NCBI GenBank assembly: GCA_030612905.1
Contig: JAUWNA010000001.1
Location: 1-36,387 of the forward strand
Length of the DNA: 36,387 bases
From: Promethearchaeota archaeon
GTDB taxonomy: Archaea > Asgardarchaeota > Lokiarchaeia > Sigyniarchaeales > SOKP01
Reading direction: 5' to 3'
A program made the translations under genes and the position numbers. Numbering within the stretch: position 1 is the first letter of the stretch; every line of letters starts with the position of its first letter. The notes below the pieces were generated by a model. It was not told the origin of the DNA, made no database searches, and worked only from the letters and a program-made list of their open reading frames with translations. Shown piece after piece: positions 17,908 through 27,395 of this stretch.

Positions 17908-18696
17908 ATGGAGAAAGTTAATGTTTATGATTTAGATGGTAAAAAAAAAAATTTAGTTGACATGCCAAGAATTTTTAATATTAAACCTAGAAAAGATCTA
18001 ATACATAAAGCAAGTGAAATTTCTTTCAGTAGAAATAAACAAGTTCAAGGTAGAAATAAGAGAGCAGGGTTAAGAAATACAGCTAAGGGCTGGGGGACGG
18101 GACACGGGATCTCTAGAGCTCCACGAATAAAGGGTTCAGGATTCCCCACAGCGCGGAATGTTGGGAGGGTTCCTTTCGCAAAAGGTGGAAGAAGGGCACA
18201 CCCGATTAAAACAGAGAAAATTGTTAAGAAAAAAATAAATAGAAAAGTTAACAAATTATCGTTAATTTCCGCGATTTCTGCTTCTGGCGATTTAGTTTGG
18301 GTTAAAAATCGAGGTCATCTCATTGATAAAGTCCCCGAAATACCATTGGTAATTGATGATAAAATTCAAACTGTTAAAAAAACGAAATTAATGTATTCAA
18401 TTCTCTCTGAACTAGGTTTGGAAGATGAATTGGTTAAAGTAAAAGAAGGCAAAAAAATTAGAGCCGGAAAAGGGAAAAGAAGAGGGCGTAAATACAAAAA
18501 CAAAAAAAGTATTTTAGTTGTAATAAAAGACGATTTCGGAATAGTAAAGGCTTCAAGAAATATTCCGGGAGTGGATGTTATTAAGTTTGAAGATTTGTCA
18601 ATCGCCAATTTAGCACCAGGGGGGTTGTCAGGACGATTAATTCTATGGGCTCAATCTGCTTTTAATGATTTAAAAAATTATGAGGCGTTAATTTAA
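17908..18696 (+). CDS. rpl4: 50S ribosomal protein uL4
   Basis: [30 protein letters not shown]...GRRAHP. GTGAT motif at 17900-17904. Follows uL3 after 7 nt. Confidence 0.93.
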   Translation: MEKVNVYDLDGKKKNLVDMPRIFNIKPRKDLIHKASEISFSRNKQVQGRNKRAGLRNTAKGWGTGHGISRAPRIKGSGFPTARNVGRVPFAKGGRRAHPIKTEKIVKKKINRKVNKLSLISAISASGDLVWVKNRGHLIDKVPEIPLVIDDKIQTVKKTKLMYSILSELGLEDELVKVKEGKKIRAGKGKRRGRKYKNKKSILVVIKDDFGIVKASRNIPGVDVIKFEDLSIANLAPGGLSGRLILWAQSAFNDLKNYEALI

Positions 18697-18697
18697 A

Positions 18698-18961
18698 ATG
18701 GAAAGATATTATAAAATTATTCAAAGACCTTTAATAACAGAAAAGACATTTGACCTAATTGAGAGAGAAAATAAATTGGTTTTTATTGTTCATAAAAGAG
18801 CTAATAAAAGTCAAATTAAACAAGCTATAGAAAAAATTCATAATGTAAAAGTGATTAAGGTTAATACAATAATTACTCCTCGAGGAGAAAAAAAAGCCTT
18901 AATTAAACTGCGTTCAGATTATTCTGCTCAAGATATTGCTATTGATTTAGGAATTTTTTAG
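18698..18961 (+). CDS. rpl23: 50S ribosomal protein uL23
   Basis: [51 protein letters not shown]. Starts 1 nt after the uL4 stop. Confidence 0.92.
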   Translation: MERYYKIIQRPLITEKTFDLIERENKLVFIVHKRANKSQIKQAIEKIHNVKVIKVNTIITPRGEKKALIKLRSDYSAQDIAIDLGIF

Positions 18962-20083
18962 TTCATTTTCATTTTTCAAAACTGAAAAATTAAGTTTTAC
19001 AAAATCCATATAGTTTAAAGTCTTTAGATTCTCCAAGAACTTTACTTTATTAACATCTAGTAACTTTTTATACTCATCCTGATTTAAAATTAAAATAATT
19101 ACAAAGTATCTTGAATAGAATTTTTCTAAAAGTCTCAAAATATCTTCGCGATGAAAATCTTTAAAAATTAAAAATAGAATTTTATCTTCAATCAATAAGA
19201 GATTTCGGTTCAATCTGTGAAAATTAATTTGATTCAATTTTAAAGCCTTTTCAAACTGTGTATTGAACTTTGATAACTTTTGATAATTGAATTGGCTTAA
19301 GGATAAAAATAGATTAACTCCGTTTTCTAAATTGTAATAAATCTCAGAAATATTAGTTCTCCATAATATACAGTAAAGGAGTTTCAAATTTAATTCTATA
19401 TTTTTAAATAGTTCACATTTAAACAGAGAATTAACTTCCTTTTCGATGTCCAGTGAATGATTATTTTGTTCATATTTGATGTCGATAAAATAAGCGTGAT
19501 ATATGAGCTCTTCTTTGTTATTAACCTTTATATTAAAGATCAAAAATCCTTTCCGGTTAAAATTATTGAGCAATTTTAATAAATTATGCAAAGAAATGTT
19601 TTTATTTTCAATAAAAGGGCAATCTATTTGATAAAAATGTAAAAATCGCAAATCTTCATCATGTTTTAATATTAATGAATCTCCTAATTTCATAGTATTA
19701 AGATCTACATTAACCTTATTTGAAATAATATGTAAAAACTGTCTTTTTAAATAACGATTTTTCAAAAACTTAGCAGATTTATCGCATTCACTTATTTGTT
19801 GACAAATTAAACTAAAAAATTTTACAATTCTATTTTTATCATTACCAATAAAATTTAATAAAATTAATTTTCTTCTTTTTTTAGGGATATTAATCTGAAT
19901 TGAATAATAAAGCAGAAACCTTTTTTTAAGGAAATCATTAAGAATTGGAATTATTTTTAGTAGAGAATTAGTCTCTATAATTGAAAAAGCCACTAATCTT
20001 TTATTTTTGTTTAAACTTTTATAATAAATTAATTGATTCTCAATTAAAAATGAGAGTAATTTGAACTTGCCTTTTTTAACCAT
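18947..20083 (-). CDS. Hypothetical protein, 378 aa (orphan), convergent with uL23
   Basis: A 378-codon ORF in stop-rich AT DNA is unlikely to be chance. Its 3' end overlaps the uL23 3' end by 15 nt. No motif recognised. Confidence 0.65.
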   Translation of the reverse strand: MVKKGKFKLLSFLIENQLIYYKSLNKNKRLVAFSIIETNSLLKIIPILNDFLKKRFLLYYSIQINIPKKRRKLILLNFIGNDKNRIVKFFSLICQQISECDKSAKFLKNRYLKRQFLHIISNKVNVDLNTMKLGDSLILKHDEDLRFLHFYQIDCPFIENKNISLHNLLKLLNNFNRKGFLIFNIKVNNKEELIYHAYFIDIKYEQNNHSLDIEKEVNSLFKCELFKNIELNLKLLYCILWRTNISEIYYNLENGVNLFLSLSQFNYQKLSKFNTQFEKALKLNQINFHRLNRNLLLIEDKILFLIFKDFHREDILRLLEKFYSRYFVIILILNQDEYKKLLDVNKVKFLENLKTLNYMDFVKLNFSVLKNENELKNS

Positions 20084-20271
20084 ATCACAAAATTTCTTTG
20101 ATGAAATTATAAAAACTTAGCATTTTTTTACAGATTCTAATTTAAAGAGAGATTTTAATAACTTGTAAGTTCAGAAAAAGTAAAAAAATATTATAAGTAT
20201 TATATAAAACTAGACTAGTTTAAATCAATTTTTTTAAAATAATCAATTAAAAATCAAGAAGCGTTATTTAA

Positions 20272-21531
20272 ATGTTAGAGCAAATCTTAGATTTTATTAA
20301 TAACCTAAATCCTGAGGTTGTTGTTCAAGCACCATCAAGGATTAATCTAATAAATCCCTTAGATGCGGTAGAGGGCGATTTCTGGATGCCCTCTGTAGCA
20401 GTTAATGGTGTAAATAATCCATTATCAGCATTTGTTTATATAAAAAGTAGGGTAGATTCTAGCTTTGTAAAGTTATATTCAATTAAAAATATATCAGATA
20501 GCATTATCGTTCAAATTGAGAAAGAAGAAGTAATTTCAAAACAAGTTATAGAGTTTAAAAAAAAATTTAACGAAGATTTTAAACTCTTTTATGCTAGCGT
20601 TTATAGATTTATTAAAACATGCTCTGTGTTTTTGGAGAAATTTAAGAATAATAATTTTGAAATTGGTATAATAACGTCTATCCCTCGCCAAAGTGGGCTA
20701 GGCGGGAGTGCAGCAATAATAATCGCTATTTTATATGGTTTTGCAAAATATTTTGGATTATATAAAAATTTAACATGCATAAATAAAGAGGATTTTCCAA
20801 TAAATAGAGATATCATTGCAGAAATGGCAACTAAGGTTGAAGATGACGATTTAAAAATAACTGCAGGATATGGAGATCGCTATGTAATAGCTAGGGGAGG
20901 GCTAAGTTTTTGTTCTTATTATGGAAAATTGCATCATAAAGAGCTTTCAATGGAACCTTTAGCAATTTATGATAGAATTGATTTATCGTATAATATTAAA
21001 AGTCTACCAATTATTATTTGTTTTTCTGGGGTATCGCATGAAAGTGGAAGCGTTCATGAGAAATTAAGAAAAGCGTATTTGCATAAAGACCCTAAAATTT
21101 TAAATTGTTATTTGAAACTAGCAGAAATTTCTTGGAAATCCCGTTTTGCGATAATGAAACAAGATTGGAATTTATTAGGAAAATATTTTAGAGAAAATAC
21201 AGCCATCATGAATGATATAATGAGATATGTTGGGTTTATCCATGGAATTGGATTAGCTAATAATATTTTAATAAGTTTAATTGAAGATCATCCCGATGTT
21301 TATGCCGCAAAATTAACAGGTGCGGGAGGGGGAGGATCTGTATTTGCTTTAGTAAACCCAGAGAAAGTCGATAAAGTCCTACATGATTGGAAGTATAATT
21401 TAAATGATGTAATAGATAATAAAGAAATATTCCTCTCATATTTCCCTTTACATCCTTTAGAAATAAGACAAAAGTTAAAGAAAGCTCAATTTTTTAGAAT
21501 AAAAATAGTTTCTGGAGTGAAAAAGTTATAA
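20272..21531 (+). CDS. GHMP-family kinase, substrate unknown, 419 aa
   Basis: N-terminal APSRINLINPLD. Motif II IPRQSGLGGSAAIIIAILYG. Motif III KLTGAGGGGSVFAL. Confidence 0.8.
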   Translation: MLEQILDFINNLNPEVVVQAPSRINLINPLDAVEGDFWMPSVAVNGVNNPLSAFVYIKSRVDSSFVKLYSIKNISDSIIVQIEKEEVISKQVIEFKKKFNEDFKLFYASVYRFIKTCSVFLEKFKNNNFEIGIITSIPRQSGLGGSAAIIIAILYGFAKYFGLYKNLTCINKEDFPINRDIIAEMATKVEDDDLKITAGYGDRYVIARGGLSFCSYYGKLHHKELSMEPLAIYDRIDLSYNIKSLPIIICFSGVSHESGSVHEKLRKAYLHKDPKILNCYLKLAEISWKSRFAIMKQDWNLLGKYFRENTAIMNDIMRYVGFIHGIGLANNILISLIEDHPDVYAAKLTGAGGGGSVFALVNPEKVDKVLHDWKYNLNDVIDNKEIFLSYFPLHPLEIRQKLKKAQFFRIKIVSGVKKL

Positions 21532-21576
21532 TTTATCACTTACATAAATTAATTAATACTTGTTTGGAGATTTAAA

Positions 21577-21762
21577 TTGAGTAAATACGAAAGATACAAA
21601 AAGAAGTCAGAAGAATACATTTATCCACATAAGCATTGTAAGGGGTGCGACCAAACTATTGAAGAGGGTATTACATATTGTTCTGATTGCTATAAGAAAT
21701 TACAAGAAAAAAAGAAATGGTATAAGTGGAAAAAAACAAAGAAAACTAAAGAATCTGATTAG
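21577..21762 (+). CDS. Small zinc-ribbon protein with Lys-rich tail, 61 aa
   Basis: HCKGCDQTIEEGITYCSDCYKKL (CxxC...CxxC), then KKKWYKWKKTKKTK. Confidence 0.5.
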   Translation: MSKYERYKKKSEEYIYPHKHCKGCDQTIEEGITYCSDCYKKLQEKKKWYKWKKTKKTKESD

Positions 21763-21782
21763 ATTTACATATATCTTTTTCC

Positions 21783-23510
21783 TTATCCATGGTTTTCATC
21801 GAGTATTTGATTTAATCTCTTTAAAAGCCAAGTTTTGTCTAACATCAATAAAAAGGGCCCTAATCGTGGTCCAAACTTCTTCCCTAATAAGATTAGGTAG
21901 AAGGCTTCAAACATTTTTCTTGCTGGAATCTCTAGTTCTTCTTTAGCTATTGTAAAAATCTTGTTTTGTATTGAATCAGGATCTAGATCATTATTTTGCT
22001 TAAAATAAGATCTAAACAACATTAATCCTTTTAATTGGGCTTCACTTAAGTTTTTAATGAGATTGTTATCTACTGTTTCGGGAATCGTAAAAATGTCAAT
22101 TTTACTCAAAAGATTTCTTTTAACCTTGTCATCTTTTATACTCTCAATTAATTTTTTAACTTCATTAATCCAATTTTCCGTTCTTTTTAAAAGAAATTTA
22201 AATTCGTCTATCGAAATCGCATTTTGACTTTTCTTGTCTCTTAAAGATGATATTCCCCTTTCATATAATTTTTCTAAACTCAATATATTTTGCATTTGGG
22301 AAAGAAAAATCAAGAGTTTTAATGACATTCTGAATGGTTTTGTTTCAAGAATATCATTAACTTTGGTTAATGGATAGAGATATTTATAAAAATTAAATTC
22401 TTCCTTAGATTCGGGTTGTTCGAGAGAATAAAAGATATTTTCCATTTTTACATAATAATCATAATATTGAGGAATCTCTTCAATTCTTAAAGATATATGC
22501 TTCATAGGGTTTGTTCTTAAGATTAACATTCTATAAAGTTCTGGATCTGCTAATTCCAAATATTTTTGTGGAGTAAAAACTATACCTTTTGAAGTTTTCA
22601 TGTCTTGGTCCCCTAATCTTAACCATTCATAGGGAAGTTTTACTGGACCTTCATATTTAAAGATTTTTTGGCATATTTCTAGCCCGGTATCGTATGCACC
22701 TCCTTTTACGCTATGGTCTTTTCCCGCTGGTTCACAAGTAACTTTAAATAACGCCCATTTAGCAGGCCAATCGATACGCCAATTTAATTTTAGTTTACCA
22801 CTATAAATGGATACTCTTCCCTTATAACCACATGCAGGACACTCATATAAGACCTCTTGTTCTTTATCTAAATATTTTATCACCCTATTAGGGGTTATTG
22901 TGCCATCGTTGGCTCGATCTTGTATTTTTTCACATTTATCGCAAATTGCCATAACAGGTATCCATGTTTTTTGCGTTTCTTTAAATAATTTTTTCCGTTC
23001 ATCATCTAAAGTAGGTAGAATATAATTTTTTAAAATCTCTTTAATTTGGTTTGTATTATCTAGAGAAATCTTTATTTTTTCTTGCATTTCTTTTTTTTGG
23101 TACAATCTATAAGTCCATATAATTTCATTTTTTATACCAAAATGTTTAAAGGTGGAAATTAACTCATTTCCAAAATGTTTTCCATAACTCTCACATCCAC
23201 AATCGTCAAAAGGACAGGGTATTAAAGCAAATGGTTTTCCTAAATACTCTTTCTGAAACGTCTTATCGATGTAATATGGAAATCTTTTAGCTGCGTCAAA
23301 ATCATCCATAAATAGATAAGTATTTATTTTAGAGCTTTTTTCTTCAAATACTCTTCTTAAAGCATCGCAAATAATTATTTCTCTTAATATTCCTATATGA
23401 ACATGTCCTGAAGGGGTTTTGCCAGTAGATAGAGTTAATTCTGTTAGATTTCTGAAAGAAATTTTGTCCACTGTTTCTTCTAACCAATGTACTAATAATT
23501 TATTTACCAA
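21783..23510 (-). CDS. lysK: Class I lysyl-tRNA synthetase
   Basis: TPSGHVHIGILREIIICD (HIGH-type motif of class I LysRS), Cys-rich insertion CDKCEK...CPACG, DMKTSKG (KMSKS-type), length 575 aa. Confidence 0.88.
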   Translation of the reverse strand: MVNKLLVHWLEETVDKISFRNLTELTLSTGKTPSGHVHIGILREIIICDALRRVFEEKSSKINTYLFMDDFDAAKRFPYYIDKTFQKEYLGKPFALIPCPFDDCGCESYGKHFGNELISTFKHFGIKNEIIWTYRLYQKKEMQEKIKISLDNTNQIKEILKNYILPTLDDERKKLFKETQKTWIPVMAICDKCEKIQDRANDGTITPNRVIKYLDKEQEVLYECPACGYKGRVSIYSGKLKLNWRIDWPAKWALFKVTCEPAGKDHSVKGGAYDTGLEICQKIFKYEGPVKLPYEWLRLGDQDMKTSKGIVFTPQKYLELADPELYRMLILRTNPMKHISLRIEEIPQYYDYYVKMENIFYSLEQPESKEEFNFYKYLYPLTKVNDILETKPFRMSLKLLIFLSQMQNILSLEKLYERGISSLRDKKSQNAISIDEFKFLLKRTENWINEVKKLIESIKDDKVKRNLLSKIDIFTIPETVDNNLIKNLSEAQLKGLMLFRSYFKQNNDLDPDSIQNKIFTIAKEELEIPARKMFEAFYLILLGKKFGPRLGPFLLMLDKTWLLKRLNQILDENHG

Positions 23511-23596
23511 GTTATTTCACTAATTAATTAAACCTAAGCCGAGTAAATGATAAAAATTATTTATCATTTATTATTTTAAAAAGTGGTGAAAAAGTT

Positions 23597-25399
23597 TTGA
23601 GAATCGCTGTACTTAATAAAGATCGCTGTAAACCTGATAAATGTAGCCCTTTTGGGGAAAAACCATGTATTAAATATTGTCCAAAGGTAAGAACAGGAGA
23701 AAAAACTATAGAATTAAGCCCGGATGGGAAAAATGTAAGAATAACAGAGAATCTATGTACTGGGTGTGGAATCTGTATAAAAAAATGCCCTTTTAATGCA
23801 ATAAAGATTGTTAATTTACCAGATCCCTTAAAAAACCAAATTACTTATCGTTATGGCCCAGATCAATTTACCTTATTTAGAATGGCTATTCCTAAGAAAG
23901 GAAAGGTACTAGGGTTAATAGGCCAAAATGGGATAGGGAAAAGTACTATGCTAAATATACTTTCAGGAGAATTAAGAATGAATCTTGGAATGTTTAAAGA
24001 TGAAGTTCCAAGTAATGATAGTATAATTAATTTCTTTAAAGGCTCAGAATTACAGCAGTATTTTATAGAGTTGTTTACTAAAAAATCTAAGATTGTTCAT
24101 AAGCCTCAAAATATTACTCTTATACCCAAACATGTTTCCGGAAAAGTTTATAATTTATTAAAAAAAAACGACATTAATGATCGTTTAGATTCAATTGTTA
24201 AGCAACTCAACCTTAATGAAATCTTAGATAGAAAAGTATCTGTTTTATCGGGTGGTGAGTTACAAAGGGTTGCCATTGCTGCTGCTTATCTTAAAGATGC
24301 AGATGTATATCTTATTGATGAACCTAGCTCTTATTTAGATGTTAGTGAAAGGATTAACATGGCTAAATTGATTAGATCCCTTACGGATAACGACAAAACC
24401 GTTGTCGTTGTTGAACACGACTTAGCAATATTAGACTACTTAAGCGATTATATATCCCTACTTTATGGAATTCCTGGAGCATATGGAATTATATCACACC
24501 CTCAAGGCGTAAGAGTAGGAATTAATATATATTTAAATGGGTATATTAAAGATGAAAATGTAAGAATTAGAAACGAACCAATTCGATTTCATGAAAGACC
24601 ACCTATAGATTCGTCATTTGACTCTGGAGCTATTATACTCTCTTATGAGAATTTAGAAAAAACATTGGGTGATTTCCATCTAACCGTAGATGGGAGTGAA
24701 ATCCACGCTGGCGAAATTATAGGTATACTTGGGGCTAACGCAATTGGTAAATCTACATTCATCGATTTAATAGCTAATAAAATAAAATCTAATACAGAAA
24801 ACGCTGAAAATAAAAAGTTAAAAGTTTCAGTCAAACCTCAATATATTGAAATAATTGAGTCAAAATTGGTTTCTGAAATTATCAATCAGATTAGATTGGC
24901 TCCTTATCTAAGTCAATCCTACAAAAAACGATTAATTAATGGGTTAAAATTGGAAGATATCAAAGGACGGAGGTTTTCTGAATTAAGTGGCGGAGAATTA
25001 CAAAGGGTAGCTATAGCTAACTGTTTATCGACTGAAGCTGATATTTATTTGTTAGATGAACCATCTGCTTTTTTAGATGTTGAAATGAGATTACAAGTCG
25101 CCCAACTATTGAGAAAATCTATTGAAGAATTAAAAAAATCAGCATTTGTAGTCGAACATGATATAATAACCCAAGATTTTATAGCGGATTCAATTTTAGT
25201 ATTTGAGGGAACGCCTGGGTTAGAAGGTAAGGCTTCTGCCCCATTAAATTTAAGAGATGGATTTAATTTATTTTTAAAATTGATGGGAATCACTTTTAGA
25301 AGAGATGAATTGACGAAACGGCCTCGAATTAATAAAGTTGGTAGTACTAAAGATGCCTATCAAAAAAGAATTAATGAATACTATTACATTCCTAAATAA
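23597..25399 (+). CDS. abce1: ABCE1 (RNase L inhibitor homolog) ribosome-recycling ATPase
   Basis: MRIAVLNKDRCKPDKC...CIKYCP and CTGCGICIKKCPFNAI (two 4Fe-4S clusters). Two ABC cassettes (GQNGIGKST / LSGGELQRVAIA / YLIDEPSSYLD and GANAIGKST / LSGGELQRVAIA / YLLDEPSAFLD). TTG start preceded by GGTGA at 23585-23589. Confidence 0.95.
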   Translation: MRIAVLNKDRCKPDKCSPFGEKPCIKYCPKVRTGEKTIELSPDGKNVRITENLCTGCGICIKKCPFNAIKIVNLPDPLKNQITYRYGPDQFTLFRMAIPKKGKVLGLIGQNGIGKSTMLNILSGELRMNLGMFKDEVPSNDSIINFFKGSELQQYFIELFTKKSKIVHKPQNITLIPKHVSGKVYNLLKKNDINDRLDSIVKQLNLNEILDRKVSVLSGGELQRVAIAAAYLKDADVYLIDEPSSYLDVSERINMAKLIRSLTDNDKTVVVVEHDLAILDYLSDYISLLYGIPGAYGIISHPQGVRVGINIYLNGYIKDENVRIRNEPIRFHERPPIDSSFDSGAIILSYENLEKTLGDFHLTVDGSEIHAGEIIGILGANAIGKSTFIDLIANKIKSNTENAENKKLKVSVKPQYIEIIESKLVSEIINQIRLAPYLSQSYKKRLINGLKLEDIKGRRFSELSGGELQRVAIANCLSTEADIYLLDEPSAFLDVEMRLQVAQLLRKSIEELKKSAFVVEHDIITQDFIADSILVFEGTPGLEGKASAPLNLRDGFNLFLKLMGITFRRDELTKRPRINKVGSTKDAYQKRINEYYYIPK

Positions 25400-25689
25400 T
25401 GTTCTAAAAAACTATCAAATTAATGTGAATATAATAAGATTTATGAACTCCTATTTTTCCACTGCAAAATTTTAAACTATGATAAAAATTTATTTTAGAA
25501 AATTAATTTGTTAATAGGATAATTTAAATATTTATGAGTAATTTAAGACTGGGGCTGCTTTATAATATATATACATAAACTTTCTACTATTTTATAATAA
25601 AAATTTGCAATGGAAATTTTGGAGCTTTTGATAATATTATTAAAAATTCAATAATAATAAAAATTGAAAAAAGAAATAATATTAAAAAT

Positions 25690-25953
25690 CTAATTCTTTA
25701 GTTTCCAAAAAACCAGGGGTCTACCTCTCATTCCATTATTCCTTGAAAATTTTTCAATAAACTTCCTTTTTTGCAATTTAAGCAAGTTATCATATATGGT
25801 AGTTCTTGGAGTTTTTAACTCTTTAACTAAAGCTTTGCGTGTATATGGTCCACCATTTTGCAATGTTTTAATCAAATTATATTGAATTGGTGTTAGATAT
25901 TCTTTAGATCCAAAATCTATTTCTGTTTTATTAGCCATAATTTTTTCCTCCAT
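25690..25953 (-). CDS. Small winged-helix (TrmB/MarR-like) DNA-binding protein, 87 aa
   Basis: LTPIQYNLIKTLQNGGPYTRKALVKELKTPRTTIYDNLLKLQKRKFIEKF...GRPLVFWKL. Confidence 0.65.
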   Translation of the reverse strand: MEEKIMANKTEIDFGSKEYLTPIQYNLIKTLQNGGPYTRKALVKELKTPRTTIYDNLLKLQKRKFIEKFSRNNGMRGRPLVFWKLKN

Positions 25954-25960
25954 TTTTGAA

Positions 25961-26017
25961 CATTGGTATTAACTGTCAACTCGACAATTTATCGACATTT
26001 TAACCTAAGTACCAATG
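25961..26017. promoter_or_regulatory. Operator-like inverted repeat in the divergent promoter region between the wHTH and RHH genes
   Basis: CATTGGTA (25961-25968) and its exact complement TACCAATG (26010-26017) flank an inner palindrome TGTC-AACTC-GACA and two TCGACA direct repeats 11 nt apart. Begins 8 nt upstream of the wHTH start codon. Confidence 0.4.
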
Positions 26018-26154
26018 CTTAGTTCTATGATATATTATAGTATCGATTTTTATATAAAGATGCTTATTTATGCTTTATTATCATCAATTAACATAAATTT
26101 AAAAACGACAAAAATAATATTATAGTTGTAAATTAAAATCTTTTAATTACTAAA

Positions 26155-26529
26155 ATGACTGAGACAACAAGAACAACGGTTACTTTGAGTAAAATTAGTA
26201 TGAACCAAGTAAAAGAATTAGTTGGTGTTTTTGGAAGCACTCCTGCTTCAGTAATCAGCAGGATTGTAGAACATTTTTTTGACTATGGTAAATTTGATGA
26301 TGTTATAGAAAAAATGAAAGCAAAGAAGAGAGAGTTATTTCCTCCTGATGATATTACCATTAATAATAAAATCAAGAATTTATTTAAAGGAGTAAATAAA
26401 ATACCCTTTGAAGATTTTGTTGATTTTTTGCAAGTAGATAGAATATATGTATTAGAAAGTATTCATATTTGGACAGAAAGATACAATATTAAAATTATAG
26501 AAAATTTAGTTATAAAAAATTCTGATTGA
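26155..26529 (+). CDS. Hypothetical protein with possible N-terminal ribbon-helix-helix, 124 aa
   Basis: TRTTVTLSKISMNQVKELVGVFGSTPASVISRIVEHFF resembles a CopG/RHH strand-helix-helix. The rest is unrecognised. Confidence 0.5.
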   Translation: MTETTRTTVTLSKISMNQVKELVGVFGSTPASVISRIVEHFFDYGKFDDVIEKMKAKKRELFPPDDITINNKIKNLFKGVNKIPFEDFVDFLQVDRIYVLESIHIWTERYNIKIIENLVIKNSD

Positions 26530-26566
26530 AATTAGATCTAATTGAACGCTATTTTAAGGATATATT

Positions 26567-26791
26567 TTATGTAATTTTAGCACCAAATTCTTCCCAAAAG
26601 TTCCTAGATAGTTCTAATGGCCATTCTAATAAAGAAGTCATAACTCCAACTATAATAAAAAAAATAAACAAAGCTAATCCAATTAATAAAGCGTATTCTA
26701 GAAGATTTCCACCATATTCGTCTAAAATGTATTCCTTTAATTTATTTTTTAAGATTTTATGAAATTTTTTAATGAAAGATCTTTTTTTCAT
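26567..26791 (-). CDS. Class III signal-peptide (Flp-like type IV) pilin precursor, 74 aa
   Basis: Basic leader, then YGGNLLEYALLIGLALFIFFIIVGV. This is the G-x4-EY Flp motif followed by the hydrophobic helix typical of archaeal class III signal peptides. Confidence 0.7.
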   Translation of the reverse strand: MKKRSFIKKFHKILKNKLKEYILDEYGGNLLEYALLIGLALFIFFIIVGVMTSLLEWPLELSRNFWEEFGAKIT

Positions 26792-26874
26792 GGTTTAAAA
26801 CAAATTATTTTTATAAAAGAATGATAAAATATGTTTTTAAACTAAACTAATTCTAAAAATTGAACAGTACTTGC

Positions 26875-27318
26875 TTACTCATTAAAAATTTTTAATATTT
26901 GATTGAGTTCCTTTTCTTTAGCTTGTTTTTTTGGAACATACAATTTAAATTTTCCATCTTCATTACTTCTAGGAATTATATGAACGTGAAAATGGTTAAC
27001 CACTTGACCAGCTGCCCTAAAATTATTTTGGAGAATATTATAACCATCAACTTTTAATTTTTTATGGATTAAAATAGATAATTTTTTAACTATTTCAAAT
27101 AATTCTGACAATTCAGTATTAGGAATTTCTTCTAAATTTTTATAGTGGTTTTTAGGAATAACAATCGTATGCCCTTTTGAAACTGGAAAAATGTCTAAAA
27201 AAGCTAAATTCTTATCATTTTCAAATAAAACTTTAGAGGGAATACTTTTCTCAATAATTTTGCAAAAAATGCATTTATCATCTTTTATCATTACTTTCAC
27301 TCTGTATTTTCGATCCAC
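26875..27318 (-). CDS. HIT-family (histidine triad) nucleotide hydrolase/transferase
   Basis: CIFCKII...VLFENDKNLAFLDIFPVSKGHTIVIPK...NHFHVHIIPR (HxHxHxx triad). Confidence 0.9.
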   Translation of the reverse strand: MDRKYRVKVMIKDDKCIFCKIIEKSIPSKVLFENDKNLAFLDIFPVSKGHTIVIPKNHYKNLEEIPNTELSELFEIVKKLSILIHKKLKVDGYNILQNNFRAAGQVVNHFHVHIIPRSNEDGKFKLYVPKKQAKEKELNQILKIFNE

Positions 27319-27395
27319 ATAAATAATTTTTTATATTAATTTTTAAAAAACCTACACAGACTTTTAATTTTTGTAGTTGTTTAAAATCTCAATTA

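Noticed and set aside
18045-18608. Minus-strand ORFs 18045-18254 and 18366-18608
   Set aside because: Antisense to uL4. The Lys-codon-rich sense strand gives Phe/Leu-rich antisense ORFs.
20601-21946. ORFs 20601-20816 (-), 21257-21439 (-) and 21659-21946 (+)
   Set aside because: Antisense or alternative-frame shadows of the GHMP kinase, the zinc-ribbon gene and the LysRS 3' end.
24643-25293. Minus-strand ORFs 24643-24834 and 25045-25293
   Set aside because: Antisense to ABCE1.
25400-25689. Possible C/D-box sRNA or other small RNA in the spacer after ABCE1
   Set aside because: Only degenerate ATGATAA-type matches. There is no proper RUGAUGA/CUGA box pair with terminal stem, and the single GC patch (GACTGGGGCTGC) is too short.
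26526-26762. 78-aa plus-strand ORF
   Set aside because: The opposite strand encodes a protein with a clear class III signal/Flp motif. This ORF has no features and is taken as its shadow.
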